Assembly: GCA_951406725.2 (NCBI GenBank)
Contig: OX597821.1
Location: 110,980,001-111,044,000, forward strand
Source of the DNA: Octopus vulgaris
Lineage: Eukaryota
Direction of reading: 5' to 3'
DNA length: 64,000 nucleotides
Shown piece after piece: positions 42,456 through 56,761 of this stretch. Every line of letters starts with the position of its first letter. The first letter of the stretch is position 1. Below the pieces are notes generated by a model that had not been told where the DNA came from, did not search any database, and saw nothing but the letters and a program-made list of their open reading frames with translations. The position numbers and the translations under genes were made by a program.

Positions 42456-43044
42456 CAGTTAAACTAAAGTTAAAACGTTCGTTAGTCAACGCCACTCGTT
42501 TCGAATTTTGACGTAAATTAATTAATGGCGACTTGAAAATTAATTCACAAAGAATTCGATTAGAAACGGAAAAACAAATTGACAGAAAATACTGTCAAAT
42601 ACAATTCAAATAAAAATTAAATTTACTTGAAAAATTATCGTCAAATTAAACTTAGATTAATGTCAAATAAAGAAATTACATTATTTTATTTTGCGGGAAG
42701 AACTTTCGGCATTTCCACATACAGACGTTTTGATAGCATTTTTGGTTTGTTTACTTTTTAGCTTTTTACTAAATTTAATTTCCCCTTAATTATGTTAGTG
42801 AAATGTTTTTGGCCTTTGCGAGTATCTCCAATACATGTGTGGATGTTTATTGAAATGTGAGGGGTTTTTTTTTTTAATACTTAAGTGCTTAACAGCGTTC
42901 CACGTTATCTTCTTTCAGTTTGAGATACAAGAATCGAAATTACCATTATACAACAGCAACGACATCATCATGTTTTTGCTTTTGATGTGCTTAGCCCCAG
43001 GCTTTCCACTTTTCGAATACGTCTATGATTAAAAGCATTTCAGC

Positions 43045-43420
43045 AATAGATATCCGGTCTTTTTCACATACACAGTTGGCCAATAACCACGTCGTTCAAT
43101 TCCAGACCAGAGCAGTGCCTCGATTTTATCCCCCAATTCAATTCCAGACCAAAGCAGTGCCTGGGGGGTAAAAACGATTTTATCCCCCAATCCTTGTTTT
43201 GGTCTGGTAAATCAGTAATCAGAAGTATTCCAACAACAGAGATCCGGTCTTTTTCACATACACAGTTGGCCAGTAACCACGTCGTTCAATTCCAGACCAG
43301 AGCAGTGCCTGGGGAGTAAAAACGATTTTATCCCCCCAATCCTTGTTTTGGTCTGGTAAATCAGTAATCAGAAGTATTCCAACAACAGAGATCCGGTCTT
43401 TTTCAGAGACACAGTTCACC
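43045..43420 (+). repeat. Imperfect tandem repeat, about 150-bp unit x2.5
   Basis: ATCCGGTCTTTTTCA at about 43052, 43242 and 43391; TTCAATTCCAGACCA.AGCAGTGCCT occurs three times. Confidence 0.9.
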
Positions 43421-43612
43421 AACAAGCATAACATTCGATGCCGGACGAGAAATCTGGTCTGTTTAAACAGACGCAATTCACGCAGAACCCTGTGGATATC
43501 CGTCGGTTTCGACGATTTTTATTGCAGTTGTTTAATCAACTGAATTGACTATTCACAGAATACTCAGTCAGTGGCTGAGTATTCCTCTGATATATGTACC
43601 TATTTTTTTACT

Positions 43613-43788
43613 ACCCACAAGGGGCTAAACACAGAGAGGACAAACAAGGACAGACAAACGGATTAAGTCGATTATAGGATGAAAGGCAAAGTCGACCTCG
43701 GCGGAATTTGAACTCAGAACGTAAACGGCAGACGAAATACCGCAAAGCGTTTCGCCCGCCGTGCTAACGTTTCTGCCAGCTCGCTGCC
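43613..43788 (-). mobile_element. SINE family A, internally deleted
   Basis: Reverse complement of the family A head and tail. Confidence 0.85.
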
Positions 43789-44844
43789 TTCCTCTGATAT
43801 ATGTACCCTTAAAGCAACTCTGAGGTAGAATCGGTGTGACACAGTGTATGGCATCCCTTTGAACTAAAACAGGTAGCAACAAAAACAAACCCCTCACATT
43901 TAGCAAATTGACAAAAATTCCAATAGCAAATGCACGGTGTATACTGATCTGAGCCCCAATAATTACTAAAGCAAAAAAAAGCAGTAAAATATTAGCAGCA
44001 TAAGAAACACCATTATTATTTGTCTAACTTGTTTGATGCCACGCCAATAGTCACGTAAAATATGGGGCGTTTTTCTGCCGTGTCCGGTACACTCTTAAGC
44101 TCTCGCCTAGATTTGCTCACAAAGCTGGAGTCAATTGAGGCCATGGTGAAAGACCTTTGTTTCTACGTTTAGCGAATTGAACAGAATACGCCCTTATGAT
44201 GTTCGTTCTGGACCTCTGCGATCTGATTTCAAATCCTGACGAGGTCGATTAGTCTTTCATCCTTCGCGGTTGATAAATAAAGTAACCAGTTCGAAACAGT
44301 AATCTTGGGATCGATTCTTCTCCACCTCCTCCTCCTCCTTCTTCTAATTCTGCAACAACTACTACTTCTCCTCTCCTACTACTACTACTTCATCGTTTTC
44401 TTCTCCTCTTCCTTCTCATTCTTCTTTTTCTAATCCTCTTCCTTCTCCCTATCCTTCTTCTTATTCCTCTTCCCCTCCCCTCTTCCTCATTCTTTTTCTT
44501 CTTCTCACCTTCTTTCTCTATCTCTTTATCTCTCACTATCTCATTATCTCAGAATCAGCCACTCTGTTCACATTCTTCACCCATCCAACGACAGGCCAGG
44601 TGACATATCACCTGGAATACTTTACAGAATCGCATCAGTAAAAGCAACGGACGAGTTCTACCAAAAAGTGAGACAAATTCTAAGAAAGGCAAAAATTTGT
44701 CCGACAACCCACAGACTCTACCATTCATTCACTCACCATATTCTATTTAGCATTTATCAAAATATGTATTTATCATTTGACGTTTCCAATTTTCTGCTTT
44801 CTTCATCAAAACTTATGATTTTCTTTGTTTATTTTTGTTTGCAG

Positions 44845-44902
44845 ACGACCGATGTCTCATGTCAAACATCAGATAAAGATATGATTTACGTGGGAACACT
44901 TG
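44845..44902 (+). CDS. Candidate 58-nt internal coding exon (TTDVSCQTSDKDMIYVGTL, phase 0 to 1) of an unidentified host gene
   Basis: Polypyrimidine acceptor TTCTTTGTTTATTTTTGTTTGCAG, donor TTG|GTAAGT, unique sequence, only one of three frames open. No homology known. Confidence 0.5.
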
Positions 44903-45107
44903 GTAAGTTAAATATTCTATATCTCTAAATTCATTTCGTCCAAAATCTCAGGAGACAAATATACATGTAAATTTATTTGCATTTAGCCATGAACAATATA
45001 ACGATCCCCATCAGTTTTATACAAAATATTTTTCATTAACAGTTCTGTTAGAATTATTCAATTATTATTATTATTATCATTTTTATTATTATTATTATTA
45101 TTATTAT

Positions 45108-45139
<32 letters not shown>

Positions 45140-45156
45140 TCATTATTATTATTATT

Positions 45157-45915
45157 CAAATTCCGTCGTGGTCGACTTCGCTTTTCATCCTTTCGGGGGG
45201 CGATAAATTAAGTACCAGTTGTGCACTGAGGGGCGATGCAATCGACTAGTCCCCACCCAACAAAAAAATTTAAGTCCTTGTGCTTTTACTAGAAAGGATT
45301 ATTATTATTAATTTTATTATTATTATCATTATTATTATTATTTTTATTATTATTATTATTATTGTAGTCAGGGCGGCGAGCTGGCAGAATCGTTAGCCCG
45401 ACGGGCGAAATGCTTAGCAGTACTTCGTCTGCTGCTGCGTTCTGAGTTCGAACTCCGGCGAAGTCGACTTTGCTTTTCATCCTTTCAGGATTGATAAATT
45501 AAGTACCACTCAAGTACTGGGGAAGATTACACCGACTAGCCCCCTCCCTCCGAATTTCAAGCCTTGTGCCTATAGTAGAAAACATTATATTATTATTGTT
45601 CAAATTCCGCCGAGGTTGAATTTTCCTTTCATCTTTCGGGATCGATAAATTAAGTACCAGTTATGTACTGGGGTCGATGTAATTGACTTAATCCCTCTGT
45701 CTGTCCTTGTTTGTCCCCTCTATGTTTAGCCCCTTATGGGTAAAAAAGAGGTAAATATTTCGTCAGCCTTTACGTTCTAAGTTCAAATTCCACCGACGTC
45801 GACTTTACCTTTCGTCCTTTCGGGGTCGATAAACTAAGTACCAGGAGCGAACTGGGGTCAGTCTAATCGACTTATCCCCCTCCCTCAAAATTGCTGGCAT
45901 TGTCCAAAATTTGAA
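45157..45915 (+). mobile_element. Tandem cluster of 4 SINE family A copies
   Basis: GATAAA(T/C)TAAGTACCA repeated at about 45202, 45493, 45643 and 45827, mostly with (TTA)n spacers. Confidence 0.88.
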
Positions 45916-46386
45916 ATCATTCTTATTGTTTTTGACTTTATCCTGATCAATATGGAGTTTTGTATCTCCGTAAATTTCAAAACTGTTTTTTTTTTATTGT
46001 TTTTGCCCCCAAAAAGAAGTTTTTTTCGTTTTACTGAGAACCTGACATACATTGTTGAGGAGCAAAATGTGGTTCCAAATGTTTGGTTTCGTTTGCGAAC
46101 AGTTGCAGTTGTAGATAGTGTTGTGGTAGGAGGGAGCATCAGTGGTGATGATGTTGGTAGAGGTCTGGTGATGGTGGTGGTGGTGGTGGTGGTGGTGGTG
46201 GTGGTGGTGGTGGTGGTGGTGGTGGTGGTGGTGGTGGTGGTGGTGGTGGTGGTGGTGGTCAGTCGTCATCCTCGAGCGACTATGGCTAGATAACATGTAC
46301 CACGCTTTCGCTAATTGTCTCATGTGCCTGTAAATTCGCATGCAGACATAAACAACCTCTCCTCTCTCTCTCGTCTCTCTCTCTCG

Positions 46387-46417
<31 letters not shown>

Positions 46418-48134
46418 CTATCTCTCTCTCTCTCTCTCATCCTTTGATCCAGTGACACATCCCATCTAGGGTGTGGATGCCGGAGGGGGACAAAGGGCTG
46501 CACCAACACTCTATTGGAACATCTCTTAGCACAGTGGTTCGCAACCATTCTTCACCAATGGACCTCTTTGATTCCTGTTTTACTTCGGTGGACCCTCATA
46601 GCTATTTGACGTTTAAAAAAGTATCGTTGTACCTTTGTAATTATATATTCTTAGGAAATGATGGAAAAACTGTTAAAATATTTTCTGTATTGTTGAATTG
46701 TAACTAGTTTACTGTACATAAACTTTATCAACAAAATCTTACGTAGATCCCGGGTGGTCATATAGACGCTAACTGAGAATCATTGTTTTAGCTGAATAGA
46801 CCGCAAAGGAAGTGCCTTGCTCAAGAACACGATGCACCCATCGGTCTAAGAATTGAACCCACGAAATTACATTTGTAAGTCGAGCACTCAAACCACTAAC
46901 CTACGCACGTCACAACAACGGAATACTGTTCAAACAGTGAAACCCTCTCGGGTCACGGTCATCTACTCATGACCTTCTTGTCTTAATTTTTCCGACAGTA
47001 TATGATTGATTGATTCTATGGGAAATTACTATTTTTAATTCTCACAACGTGAGATATTCAGCAACACTACTTTGTAGTAAAGATTGTTTGCCAACATAAC
47101 ATGGCAGTCCTGGTTTAGGACGAATGTTGCTGTAATTTAGCCCCGGGAGAATATCGCCTCCAGCTGGCTATACGACACGATCTGTGTCCTTATATTTTCG
47201 AACAAGGGAATCTAGCACCCCCACTCAGCTCAAAACAATATCTGTGTATTGTGATTTCTGGGTTATATATGGATTTATATTATTTAATGAAGAGGTATGG
47301 ATAACTTCTTTTTTTTTTTCTACGTATGTGTGCGGGGAGGTCATGATGGAAAGCCGCTTATTGTTAACTGATTTTTAACAGGACAGCACTTCAAAAAATA
47401 ATAAATTTTACGTTGTTAAATCCTATAATTTTATAAAATATAATTACTCATCAAATCCTTAATTAAAGAAAGGCGGACTTTCAAAATAAGCGCACACACT
47501 CACTCACACCGTAAATTTCCGAATTTGTTTTAGCTCTTTGTTTCAAACGCAATTATAATTAATACTTATTATTTAAACAAGGAATAATAAATGTAAACAA
47601 AAAAATATAATTAGGGATTTCTAAAATTTACAGCTAATTGACAAGATAGGCTTTGAACAAAAGTAGATCAACAAAAATATATAGTGTATTTCCTTCAAAC
47701 GTAAACTTCCTTCAGAAGGTCCTACTTAGTCTTTCAGAAAAGGTCGAAGGCTCCTCACTTCTGATCTAATGTGTCCTTCGATTGTTGTATCTTATTTTGT
47801 TCACGTTTTTGTTTCTATTTTCTAAAAGATCAAACAATCACAGAAGCTTCTTCGTTGATTAGTAATAGATGAATGCGTTATTAAGTGGACCATGATCTTC
47901 TAAGGGTTGTTCTTAAACATTCTCATTTCATCATCATCGTCGTCGTCGTTGTCGTTTTAAAGTACACTCTTCCATACTTGCATGAATCACAGTTTTCAGA
48001 GTAACACGTGTATAAACCAATATGCAATATATAGAGATTGATAGAGAGATTGATAGAAAGATAGATGCATTCATGCATACATATATACACACATACGTAT
48101 ATATGTATACATATTTTTCTATTTTTTCTATTTT

Positions 48135-48307
48135 CTCTCTCTGTTTATTTCTGTGTTCCTTTCTGTCGAAGAGCATAGGCTCGAAACGTAAAAGACTTTC
48201 TCACTTCCCGAGCGTTAAACCTATACATCTGTTTGTTGTTTACACACCCGTCTTCGTCTTTTTTTTTTGTAAATTCTCACTATATATGTATACATACATG
48301 CACATAC

Positions 48308-48364
<57 letters not shown>

Positions 48365-48436
48365 ATGTATATATATATATGTATATATATATACACATAT
48401 ATATATATACATATATATATATATACATATATATAC

Positions 48437-48469
<33 letters not shown>

Positions 48470-48496
48470 CATATACATACACACACACACACATAT

Positions 48497-48564
<68 letters not shown>

Positions 48565-48736
48565 CGAAAACAGGTGTATGAACAACAAGCAAGTGCGTTA
48601 GTTTCACGCTCGGGGAAAATGAAAGAGTCTTTTATGTTTCGCACCCACGCTCTTCAGCAGATAGAAATAGCAGAAAATAAACAGAGCGAGAATGAAAAAA
48701 CTTGTAGATTTCAACGATCCAACATGGTGAATATAA

Positions 48737-48740
<4 letters not shown>
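48135..48740. mobile_element. Tail-to-tail pair of short hammerhead-bearing elements around (TA)n
   Basis: 48138-48260 (+) is homologous to the reverse complement of 48560-48686; motifs CTTT-CTGTCGA-A-GAGC atag GCTC-GAAACGTA-AAAG (48159-48194) and a decayed CTGCTGA version. Confidence 0.7.
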
Positions 48741-48805
<65 letters not shown>

Positions 48806-49769
48806 TATATAGGTATATATATATATATATTTGTGTGTGTGTGTTGTTGTTGTTGTGTGTACATACATTATGTCTCAATATACAGACGTTTAATAACACC
48901 AATATATTCATTCACACGCGCACGCACACCAATTTTCACGAACACATACTGACAAAGGCAGTTGCAAGTTTCTAAGCTATCTCTTGGACTGCTGTTACTT
49001 TCTCAAATCATAGACCAACAGTTTTAAAATAAAAACTCACTGTGAACTGTAGCTAATGATATACAAAGAGGCAGGATGATCCCCGTTAGAATGCCATATA
49101 CCATATCTAAAATATGGAAACTAACTCACGCCTAAAAGCTAAAAACAACTATAGAATATTGTATATAAATATTTTTAAATAATTTGTTTTCGGTCCGGAC
49201 TTCCTTCTCGTTATATAGCGCAATTGCAAATGAGAGAAAGAAAAGCGTAAAAAGAGTATGATACTCAAACTGTAAAACTAACTTAAAACAAAGACATGAA
49301 GGAGAAATTGGGAGAACTGGAAGTATAACGAAAGGGAAGGAGGGATTTGTAATCCAATGGGGAGCAGTGTAAACTCAAATTTTGATAGGCGATATGAACA
49401 ACTACGATGGAGAGAAAAAATTGTAGAAGTGAGAGTAAGATGGAAAATACTTGGTGTGCAAAGAAAAAGAGAGTGAGAATAGAATACGCGTATACATGCA
49501 CATATGCGTTCGTATTTATGTGTGTGTACGTCTATGTTTATGTATACATATATGTATGCACACACACACACACATACACACTCACGCGCGAGAACAACGC
49601 AGGAGACAAACACTGTATTTAGGATGATATACGCATACGTATGTGTGTGTATGTGTATGCGTGAATGTATGTATGCATGTAAACAAGCATGTTCATATAC
49701 GCATCTATGCATTTAAATGTGTGCGTGTGACAGAAAGAGAGAGAGGGAGAGAAAGCGTGTGTGCGTGTG

Positions 49770-49800
<31 letters not shown>

Positions 49801-49808
49801 CTGTGAAA

Positions 49809-49903
<95 letters not shown>

Positions 49904-50490
49904 TGGTATTTTTTATGTAAGCTTAAAGCTTATGGCGATCACCTTGCAATGACTCAGGAAAATAGTCTAATAAAGAGGCATATAAGCCCTCGACAGAAAA
50001 AAAGAAGGCTTTTCTATCCGCGTGGGAGTCAGATCCAAATCCCTTTGTGAACGCGACCAAGTGTGTTACCTTTACACAAGCGAATCAGCCTCCCTCTTTC
50101 TGTCAAATTTAAGAACTGTATATTAGCTCATATTTGTTTTTATGTAAACAAACTTTCTATATGCTTTCGGTGCGAATGTTTTTTTTTTGTTTTTTTTTAT
50201 TACGGTGCCGTGATTTACAATCCTGTAAATAATAATAATAGCATTTTTTTTATATATAAGATTAAAGCTTATGGCGATCACCGTGCAACGACTAAGGAAA
50301 ATAGTCAAATAAAGGGGCATTTTTTTTAATTATTGATAATTTTTTGGATAATTTTCGAAATAAAAAAAGCCGGCATTTTATTTACTGCCGACAGGGAGCT
50401 GCGCTTGCGCGGTAGATTTGAAAAATTAGAATATATAAGCACGGGCATATACTGGATTGCCTCGTGTGTATATATTTAATCTAAGGTGTA

Positions 50491-50559
50491 CCCGCTGAAG
50501 AAGGCTTCGCCTAGCAAATTATTTTATTTGCTAAAAAAGTCTGAAACCATTGGTCCAGG
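50491..50559 (+). ncRNA. Type I hammerhead ribozyme, intact core
   Basis: CCCG-CTGAAGA-AGGCTT..TAGCAAAT/ATTTGCTA..AAGTCT-GAAA-CC att GG-TC-CAGG; one mismatch in stem I. Confidence 0.75.
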
Positions 50560-51008
50560 AGTTAGATGATAAAGGTTTTTATTTTTCATTCCCTTCGATT
50601 TTTATCTCTAATAGTGATTCGGAACTTAACTGTCCATTCTAGTGTGTAGGTAGTCCTATGATGGCTACCTCTTATGTGTTTAACTGTACACTGTATTTAT
50701 ATGAATATATATATATATATATAAAGTAAATCTCAAAAAAGAACAAACAAGGAAAAACAAAAATGCGAGGATGTGGTACATGTAATGTATTAGCAGACGC
50801 TAAGGGAAGATGGTTTAAGGTTTCGAGCAAAGCTCTCTTTCAGAAATAGACGAAAGTCCAAAAGAAGGGAAGACGGGGGAAGAAAATCGCCAACGATTCA
50901 CATATACATACATAGATATGAACACAACTTTATGTAGCAAAATTTTAAACTGTATTTGTATAGACTACTTCATTTCAGTTATGTGTGTATATGTAATATG
51001 TATCGTCG

Positions 51009-51370
51009 TGGCACTCCGTCGGTTGCGAAGACGAGAGTTCCAGTTGATCCGATCAACTGAACAGCGTGCTCGTGAAATTAATGTGCAAGTGGTTGAGCAC
51101 TCCACAGACACCCTTAAAGTAGATCTCGGGGAGATTCAGCGTGACACGGAGCGTGACAAGGCCGAGCCTTTTGAAATAACAGGTACAACAGAAACAGGAA
51201 GAAAGAGTGAGAGAAAGAGTACAGCAGAGTTCGCCACCACCTACTTGCGGAGCCTTGCGGGGATTTAGGTGTTTGCGCTCAATAAACACTCACAACGCCC
51301 AATCTGGGAATCGAAACCGCGATCCTACGACCGCGAGTCCGGTGCCCTAACCACCGGGCCATTGCACCTC
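51009..51370 (-). mobile_element. SINE family C
   Basis: Colinear with 8522-8938. Confidence 0.88.
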
Positions 51371-51550
51371 TCACACACACACACACATACAGACACACAC
51401 ATAACGCACACACATACTTACACACACACACATATATACACACATATATATATATGTACATACACACATTGATATGAATAAAATTTTACGTAACAAAATT
51501 TTGAACTATATGTGAATATAATACTTCGCTTCACTTATGTATATATTATG

Positions 51551-51612
<62 letters not shown>

Positions 51613-52131
51613 CACACACAGAGACTCAAAGTTTATACGACTGAGGCCCATAAACATTTCCGTTGTATTTCCGTTTTTCTTTTTGTTTCTTTTATAAAAT
51701 GTTCATCGTTTGGAATACTTTTTTGTGTTTTATTTTTGTTGTTGTTGTTGTTTCTTTTTTTTAATATATGTGGCGGGGGATAGAACGAAATATATTCCTG
51801 GTCGTTATAAATAAAGATTATAAAGTAGATGATGGCCACAAGAGAAGGTAGAGAGAAAATGGAGCAGAAGATCTATTTTCAGATTATTTTTCTTTTCGCT
51901 TTTTTTTTTTTTTTTATCTTTTCCTGGGTTTGGAGAATATTTTGTTTGTTTATTTGATATTTTTTTCTTTTTTTTTTTTGTTCTTAATGTTCTGAGAATC
52001 CTAACAGCTGCCAACTACGTGTCAACGGAACTCAGGTAGAAAATTAGGCTGTTACCTCTTGGAGGCGATAGACACACAGATAACCGTGTTTGCAATAGAG
52101 GACATACTTAGAAATGCAAATATAAATATAC

Positions 52132-52166
<35 letters not shown>

Positions 52167-52228
52167 GACATATATATATATATATATATATATATCTTTT
52201 GAATTCCTTTTCACTCTTCCCTCCTCTT

Positions 52229-52262
<34 letters not shown>

Positions 52263-52391
52263 ACACTTCTTATCTTCGTGTGTAAATGTGTGAGCGTGTG
52301 TTCATCCGGCAGAGTGTGTGCGTGTGTTTTCATTTTTGTTGTCTGTGTGGGAGATAGAGATCGTATGCACGTATGTATGTATGTATGTATG

Positions 52392-52425
<34 letters not shown>

Positions 52426-52639
52426 TGTATGTATGTATGTATTATGTTTGTATGTGCGTGTGTATGTATGTATATTATTTTTCGAGTTTCTCACCAATGG
52501 AGAAGGAGCTGTTTTCTAGTTACAAAACAATACAATCGACACACGTTCAACGTTTTCATAGGAATTTACACAACATGAGTTGGACGGCCCTTCACGTCAC
52601 GTAGGAAAGTGTGTGTGTGTGTGTCTATGTGTGTGTGGA

Positions 52640-53020
52640 TGGAACATGGATTGGTTGCATCGCAAAAGGCCATGGGAAAGGTCTATGTTAGGGATATCAT
52701 CATTAGAACACATATCGGAATGAGATAATTCCAGGAAGATGTGGAATGAACGATATGATCGCAGAGTAGCGAAAGCACAGGTCATGCGGGGCCGGACATG
52801 TCGCAAGGTTCACAGACAATGGGTGGACCCATGCAGTTGCCGAGTGGTGTCCAAGGGATCGGAAAAGGCAACTTGACTTGGAAGCCCTCCACGATGAAGG
52901 GAAGACGGTTTAGTTAAGCAATTTGGGTCAAGAGGGAAAAGAATGGCACAATCAAGACAGAATTGGAAGCGCATTGTGACCAGTGTTGTATAACAACATC
53001 TTACGGTCTGGTCGATACTG
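52640..53020 (+). mobile_element. RTE-clade LINE 3' fragment (decayed)
   Basis: Across frameshifts reads SQKAM.RSMLGISSLEHI..AGHVARFTDNGWTHAVAEWCPRDRKR, matching the RTE C-terminal WAGHVAR..WT..EW.PR..KR motif. Confidence 0.8.
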
Positions 53021-53039
53021 TGATATATATATATATGTA

Positions 53040-53081
<42 letters not shown>

Positions 53082-53182
53082 CATACATACATACATACAT
53101 ACATACATACATACATACATACATACATACACATACATACACACACATACATATACACACACTCACATGCATACATACATAA

Positions 53183-53320
53183 TCTATCCAGATTACAAGT
53201 TCAAGTTTATACCTGTAATTATTGGGGCCCTGGAATAAGTAACACACTGCTTTAATACCAATCTTGAGAAATTAGGCTTTTCAAAGCCAGAACGGAGAAA
53301 GCTAATTAGAAGACTACAAA
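53183..53320 (+). mobile_element. Fragment of the RLE retrotransposon seen at 59.8-60.2 kb
   Basis: YPDYKFKFIPVIIGAL..NTNLEKLGFSKPERRKLIRRLQ. Confidence 0.85.
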
Positions 53321-53423
53321 TCTATATATATATATATAGATAGATAGATAGATGTGACCTCGTGAGCACCGCCAGCAATTTTTTTCCTCTGTCTTCCCTT
53401 CTCGAGATCTTTCCTTCTCCTTT

Positions 53424-53458
53424 GTTTCCGACGAAGAGCTCCGCTCGAAACGTTAAAC
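53424..53458 (+). ncRNA. Minimal hammerhead-like motif with CCGACGA core variant
   Basis: GTTT-CCGACGA-A-GAGC tcc GCTC-GAAA-CGTTA-AAC in an element of about 210 bp between microsatellites. Confidence 0.55.
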
Positions 53459-53564
53459 CCTCCTTCTTCCCTTCTTTCCTGAGCGTCCAATAATACTTTA
53501 TTTGTTCCACGTCCTCGCGTTGCTGTGGGGTTTTTTTGTGTTTTCTTGTTTGGATTAATTTTAT

Positions 53565-53625
<61 letters not shown>

Positions 53626-53848
53626 CAGTTTACCAGATATGTGCAGAAACTAGCAAAAATTATGAATGAGAATTTATTCCATTGCAATTCCGCAGAGAAA
53701 TAGCTTAAAACAGCCTTAGTTTGTTTGAAAGTTTGAAATTTACTGACATCAGCAGTTATATAAGATCTCAGATTTTTGCTGCTAATAGATCATATGCCAG
53801 AGAATTCCAGGAATGAAATTGGTTAAGCTGATACTTTTATACGCATAT

Positions 53849-53988
<140 letters not shown>

Positions 53989-54000
53989 ATATATATATTA

Positions 54001-54041
<41 letters not shown>

Positions 54042-54229
54042 TTATTTATATATATTTATTTATTTATTTATTTATATATATATATATATAGACACACACA
54101 CACGTATGTATATACTTATGTAGATATTCATACATATACTTATACAAATATATATACATATACACACATATACATACACATACACACACACAAATAATAT
54201 ATTTAGCTCCTTTGTTAAAGAATAAATTC

Positions 54230-54267
<38 letters not shown>

Positions 54268-54419
54268 ATAAATCGTTGCGCATTTTGAACACATTATTTT
54301 TCATATGCATATATATGTGCGTATCGGTGTGTATATATGTGTGTGTGTATTTGTATATATATGTATGTATATGCATACGTATATACATGCATACATACAT
54401 ACATACATACATACATACA

Positions 54420-54453
<34 letters not shown>

Positions 54454-54487
54454 CATACATACATACATACATACATACATACATACA

Positions 54488-54521
<34 letters not shown>

Positions 54522-55087
54522 CATACATATATACATACATACATACATACATACATGCATACATACATACATACATACATACATACATACATACATACAT
54601 ACAAACATACGTGTTTGTGTTACGTTAAAATGAATATCCAACTCTTTAATTTTATTTTATTTTATTGAGAATGTTTTGCAATTTTCTTATTAACCCTTTC
54701 GCTGCTTGTTTAGAATCATTGACAAAGCATCACTCCTATTGACTCTCCTTTTTACTATCATAAATCATCAGAGCAACACACCACCAACAACAACACCATC
54801 AAGAAGCTAAAACATTGAACGTCTAGAAACATCGATACCAGACCTAGGAAGTTTAATGTTGTAAACAAACTGGGGGAGTCTCGTGGGGAAAATATGTTGA
54901 AAATCAATAATAAGAAAGTGAAACTTGAGAAATTTTATGTTTTCAATATAGCAGGTTTTAAGAAAAATCTATTCCATATACATATGTGCGTCTGCCTGTA
55001 TAAGTGTGTGTATAATATGCATGTATATGTGGGTGCATGTATGTATATATTATTGATAGACAGACAGATAAATAGACAGACAGACAT

Positions 55088-55140
<53 letters not shown>

Positions 55141-55179
55141 CAGATAGATAGACAGGCAGATAAATAGACAGACAGACAT

Positions 55180-55269
<90 letters not shown>

Positions 55270-55330
55270 TTATATATAAATATATATATATACCTATACA
55301 TATAAATGAGTAACAAGGATGTACAGATGT

Positions 55331-55420
55331 CAGTTCATTACGGCCGTTTCAAGCGACTCCTTTAAGTGATTAACGCAAATATTACATCATTGCAAAGAAG
55401 CCGTTTTCGTCAGATGACTG
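55331..55420 (-). ncRNA. Type I hammerhead ribozyme, intact core
   Basis: TCAT-CTGACGA-AAACGGCTTCTTT..AAAGGAGTCGCTT-GAAA-CGGCCGTA-ATGA; palindromic ACGGCCGT stem III, GUA triplet. Confidence 0.8.
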
Positions 55421-55646
55421 CATAGACTTCAAATACAAAGGACAAACAAACTGCTTTAACATATTCGTATCACCAGCGGAGTGAAGCTATTTACGTTGAT
55501 TCTGCTGCTTTGGTAGAAGAGTTTGATATTCACCTGACATTGTATGATTGTACGAATTAGATTGACCTAACAAAGGTGCCTCAATTTATGTACCCAACTC
55601 GTCCGAATCTTAATTATGTTTATATACATATATATATTCGTATATA

Positions 55647-55682
<36 letters not shown>

Positions 55683-55691
55683 CATATACAT

Positions 55692-55727
<36 letters not shown>

Positions 55728-55732
55728 TATGT

Positions 55733-55892
55733 AGGCGCAGAAGTGGCTGTGTGGTAAGAAACTTGTTTACCAACCATATGGTTCCGGTTTCAGTCCCACT
55801 GCGTGCTACCTTGGGCAAGTGTCTTCTACTATAGACTCGGGCCGACCAAAGCCTTGTGAGTGGATTTGGTAGACGGAAGCTGAAAGCCCGTC

Positions 55893-55934
<42 letters not shown>

Positions 55935-55999
55935 GAGGTGCCACCTATATATATACATGTGTGTGTGTGTGTCTATGTGTATGTATGTATGTATGTATG

Positions 56000-56030
<31 letters not shown>

Positions 56031-56235
56031 GCATGTAAGCATTTATTTGTGTATCCCCTATCATCGCTTGACAATCGATGTTGATGTGTTTACGTCCCCG
56101 TAAGTTAGCAGTTCGGTAAAAGGGAACGATACTAGGCTTACAAAGAATAAGTCCTGGAGTCGATATGTTCGACTAATGGCGGTGCTCCAGCATGGTCACA
56201 GTCAAATGACTGAAACAAGTAAAAGAGTAAAAGAA
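55733..56235 (+). mobile_element. Full-length SINE family B
   Basis: All modules plus (GTAAAAGA)2 tail. Confidence 0.9.
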
Positions 56236-56331
56236 TGTATTTACATACATATACCTATACATTTGTACGTATATATATTGTTTGGATTAACTTTATATAT
56301 ATATGATGATTTCTCTTGAATGAAACAGTTC

Positions 56332-56363
<32 letters not shown>

Positions 56364-56462
56364 CAACCCGGGACCTATATATATATATATATTCGTATAT
56401 GTATTATAAGCACCTGTGTATACCGTTTAGTGTATATACATATACCATGATACAAGGATTCA

Positions 56463-56503
<41 letters not shown>

Positions 56504-56587
56504 TGTATATATATATACATATATGTATGTATATGTATATATATGTATATATATACCTATATTTGTATATATATATATATATACATG

Positions 56588-56642
<55 letters not shown>

Positions 56643-56663
56643 ATATATATAAGTATATGTATA

Positions 56664-56761
<98 letters not shown>

